From Escherichia phage ESSI2_ev015, in the sequence record NC_049395.1: a DNA stretch of 30,584 bases; one strand, given 5' to 3'. The notes beneath the pieces are model-generated. The model made no database searches and was not told the origin of the DNA. It was given only the letters and a program-made list of their open reading frames with translations. The translations under genes and the position numbers were made by a program. How positions within the stretch are numbered: position 1 is the first letter of the stretch; each line of letters starts with the position of its first letter. This document shows positions 28,433-30,584 of the stretch, piece by piece.

Positions 28433-28477
28433 CTCATAATCGCTTGGTCGCTGGTTCAAGTCCAGCAGGGGCCACCA
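28433..28477 (+). tRNA. 3' 45-nt fragment of a tRNA-Ile (CAU anticodon, ileX/ileY-like) = prophage att core copy
   Basis: CTCATAATCGCTTGGTCGCTGGTTCAAGTCCAGCAGGGGCCACCA: anticodon loop, T-arm (GGTTCAAGTCC) and acceptor 3' strand with CCA, but no 5' half upstream; matches my recollection of E. coli tRNA-Ile2. 74 bp downstream of the int stop. Confidence 0.6.
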
Positions 28478-28506
28478 AATTTTAGCTTTAAAATCATATA
28501 ATTAAA

Positions 28507-28531
28507 CCACTTCTAACGGAGTGGTTTTTTT
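28507..28531 (+). terminator. Rho-independent terminator downstream of the tRNA fragment
   Basis: Hairpin CCACTTC-taac-GGAGTGG followed by TTTTTTT. Confidence 0.55.
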
Positions 28532-28695
28532 GTTTATAGTGGTCAGTGTCCCCTTTTTGTCCCCTCACTTTCACCCACACTCATCTATACCTCAGTTGTT
28601 AGCACTTCACCGAACCATGACGATTGAACGCTTTGCGCTTTTTTTACATACTGTTTCAATCTCATTTGCCAATAATTTTTAGTCAGGATGACAAT

Positions 28696-29322
28696 ATGAC
28701 TTCGTACAATGAACTGAAAGAATGTATCCGCCTTGAAGTCATTGGCCATGACAAATCCTTTTCATGGCGTAAAGCGTTACTTCGTACCCGACGCAACCAG
28801 AAGAAGCACTTCCTGTTCTGGTGGCGTATTGCTTCATGGCTCTATGCCCAGAATAGTAAGTTCAAAAAGCGCATTGCCCGCAGGATTGAAAACCGCCTCA
28901 AGTACCGGCACAGCGTTGATATTTCGCTGTCATGCAAAATCGGCAAGGGTTTAAACATTGCTCATCTAAACGGCATTGTGATTACTGACAATTGCGTGAT
29001 TGGTGATTTCGCCGACCTGAAGCAAGGCATCACCATAGGGTTACGCACCGACAGTGCCGACGCGATGATAGTCATTGGTGATCGTGTTGATATTGGCTGT
29101 AACTCGTCCATTCTGGGCGGCAAGGTTACGATCGGAAACAATGTCACCATTGGTGCGCATTCGCTAGTGCTTCAGAACATCCCCAGCGACACCGTTTATA
29201 AAAACAAGATCACGCCAGTGTATACATCCAAACTACCGCAGACGGAATATCAGGAAAAGCAGCCTTTTGTCACTGGCAATGCGACAAAAGAAGCGTCCCG
29301 TTCCGCAGAAGCAGTGCTGTAA
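28696..29322 (+). CDS. Hexapeptide-repeat acetyltransferase, serine acetyltransferase (CysE/WcaB)-like
   Basis: Track start is TTG; ATG at 28696 with AGGATGA upstream. Left-handed beta-helix hexapeptide repeats (IGKGLNIAHLNGIVITDNCVIGDFADLKQGITIG...) preceded by a WRIASWLY-type helix as in the CysE family; low-GC region. Confidence 0.65.
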   Translation: MTSYNELKECIRLEVIGHDKSFSWRKALLRTRRNQKKHFLFWWRIASWLYAQNSKFKKRIARRIENRLKYRHSVDISLSCKIGKGLNIAHLNGIVITDNCVIGDFADLKQGITIGLRTDSADAMIVIGDRVDIGCNSSILGGKVTIGNNVTIGAHSLVLQNIPSDTVYKNKITPVYTSKLPQTEYQEKQPFVTGNATKEASRSAEAVL

Positions 29323-29531
29323 TTTCGCTGAACAAATTTCAGTTGTGAAGATTTCATAAATTTACGTGCAGCCCGCGCCAGTTCTTACAAGCGGGCTTAT
29401 CTCTATAATCTCTGGCTTACCACGATCCACACCGCCTAAAATCTAAAGTTGATATGCAGCCTATGAGGATAGATAATCAGTTTGTGGCTTGTTTTACGTT
29501 ATAACTAAATCTTATTAAAAGAGGTATTTAA

Positions 29532-29846
29532 ATGAACTTAAACAATAACCCTACAGTAAGCCAACTCTCACAACTAATCTCTGTTTGCGACGATAACGCA
29601 GGTCATCATATTCTTTGGGTATCTAAATCTGGCGATGTAGCAGTTACACAAATAAATGATTTGTCTCCAATTGGCTTTGAAGAAAACACCCCATCAATGG
29701 CAATGCGTTATGAAACTTTCCAACGTGGAAATGACTATGTTGGAAAAAATGCAGCAGAAGATGCAACTCACATGGAAAGACTACTTAGAGATTTGCTAAA
29801 CGAATGGCCATTATATAACGGCAATCGTGTACGGTACATTGGCTAA
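29532..29846 (+). CDS. Hypothetical protein (104 aa), first gene of an AT-rich two-gene cassette
   Basis: ATG with AAGAGG Shine-Dalgarno; AT-rich codon usage distinct from the prophage; no recognisable motif. Confidence 0.5.
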   Translation: MNLNNNPTVSQLSQLISVCDDNAGHHILWVSKSGDVAVTQINDLSPIGFEENTPSMAMRYETFQRGNDYVGKNAAEDATHMERLLRDLLNEWPLYNGNRVRYIG

Positions 29847-29861
29847 TAAAAAAGGTGGGGT

Positions 29862-30230
29862 ATGGCAACCAATTGTTATGTAAGAGTTTTAGATAATAAC
29901 ACTAAACGTGTCTATGATGTTGGGCCATTTATTAATAGCGGTAATGAGGCCTTCTCTGGAGCAGATAGCGCCATAAATTGGATTTACAAACAAATTGGCT
30001 TAGTCAAAATACAATATCCAGAATCAACTTTAATAAAGCATAAATGGGATTATGTTAAAGATGATTTTTATGGCCCTACTGCTGATGTAAAAGTTGAAAT
30101 ATCAAACTTTATTTTTGAGATTTTTAAACTGCTACCTGCTGACACTCAAAATGTAATTAATGAACAAATTACAGATAATTTGCCCACATGGTACAAAGAT
30201 GAAAAAGAAAGTCATATTGATGAAAATTGA
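29862..30230 (+). CDS. Hypothetical protein (122 aa), second gene of the AT-rich cassette
   Basis: ATG 15 nt after the upstream stop with AAGGTGG Shine-Dalgarno; no recognisable motif. Confidence 0.5.
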   Translation: MATNCYVRVLDNNTKRVYDVGPFINSGNEAFSGADSAINWIYKQIGLVKIQYPESTLIKHKWDYVKDDFYGPTADVKVEISNFIFEIFKLLPADTQNVINEQITDNLPTWYKDEKESHIDEN

Positions 30231-30300
30231 TTACCTATTGGCGCACTTAAAGTGTAGGTATGCTAATTTCACTTTCTGAATTTAATCTAATCCCCCTAAA

Positions 30301-30331
30301 ACCCGCACCACAACTGGCATTGCGGGTTTTT
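30301..30331 (+). terminator. Possible terminator after the two-gene cassette
   Basis: Stem ACCCGCA/TGCGGGT with a long 13-nt loop followed by TTTTT, ~70 nt after the stop at 30230; loop length is atypical. Confidence 0.3.
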
Positions 30332-30584
30332 CCTCCTACACATTGCCTTCGACATTTGATCTTCTCCACTCCACAAAAAATACAATTTATTATTGTATTT
30401 CAATTGCTTGCCTTTCCACTTAGATCCTTTACAGATCCTCTAAACTGAAAAATGCTGAAATTCTTTTCAATCTTTTCAGTTCCTGTTCTTTGGCAAGCAG
30501 CCAACCGTGGCGCGGTCTGGCGGTGCTGTTTGTAGAAAAATAAAACTGAAAAAATTTCCAGATCCAGAAACCGCAGGCGGGTGC

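Noticed and set aside
1-30584. CRISPR arrays, insertion sequences, or recognisable known defence genes (restriction enzymes, reverse transcriptases, large ATPase/nuclease defence proteins)
   Set aside because: No regularly spaced short direct repeats, no transposase-like ORF with terminal inverted repeats, and no ORF with those hallmarks was seen; the only repeats are inside the tail fibre gene and the operator region.

Overview
The window is almost entirely one P2/186-family (Peduovirinae-like) temperate prophage, roughly positions 200-28480, followed by a low-GC flanking islet (28.5-30.6 kb). All calls are from reading the sequence and ORF track; no database search was run. The first ~48 nt are sequencing-adapter sequence, so the contig starts inside the prophage's left side. 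The right prophage end is marked by a tyrosine integrase followed by a 45-nt tRNA 3' fragment, which I match from memory to E. coli tRNA-Ile2 (ileX/ileY). Reading right to left, the layout is: int and CI-like repressor (+ strand); a divergent 186-like early operon on the - strand (Apl/Cox-like, CII-like, small ORFs, DEDD exonuclease, ASCH/DUF3850-like, Dam methylase, replication endonuclease A); an Ogr/Delta-like zinc finger; terminase P and portal Q (+); then a long - strand late operon. That late operon holds scaffold O, capsid N, small terminase M, a 65-aa inserted ORF, head completion L, tail completion proteins, sheath and tube, a lysis cassette (holin, M15 endolysin, nested Rz/Rz1 spanins), a tail chaperone with a -1 frameshift extension, tape measure, baseplate proteins, tail fibre and assembly chaperone, two unassigned proteins and a VgrG-like hub/spike fusion, ending at a terminator. 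I did not find a recognisable known defence system. The most open candidates for accessory or novel function are the two unassigned late-operon proteins (1940-3182), the 65-aa insert between M and L, the small ORF after cII, and the AT-rich two-gene cassette beyond att (29532-30230). The ORF track reports TTG/GTG starts as M, so several starts were moved to ATG codons with a Shine-Dalgarno sequence; hand-counted coordinates can be off by a base or two.
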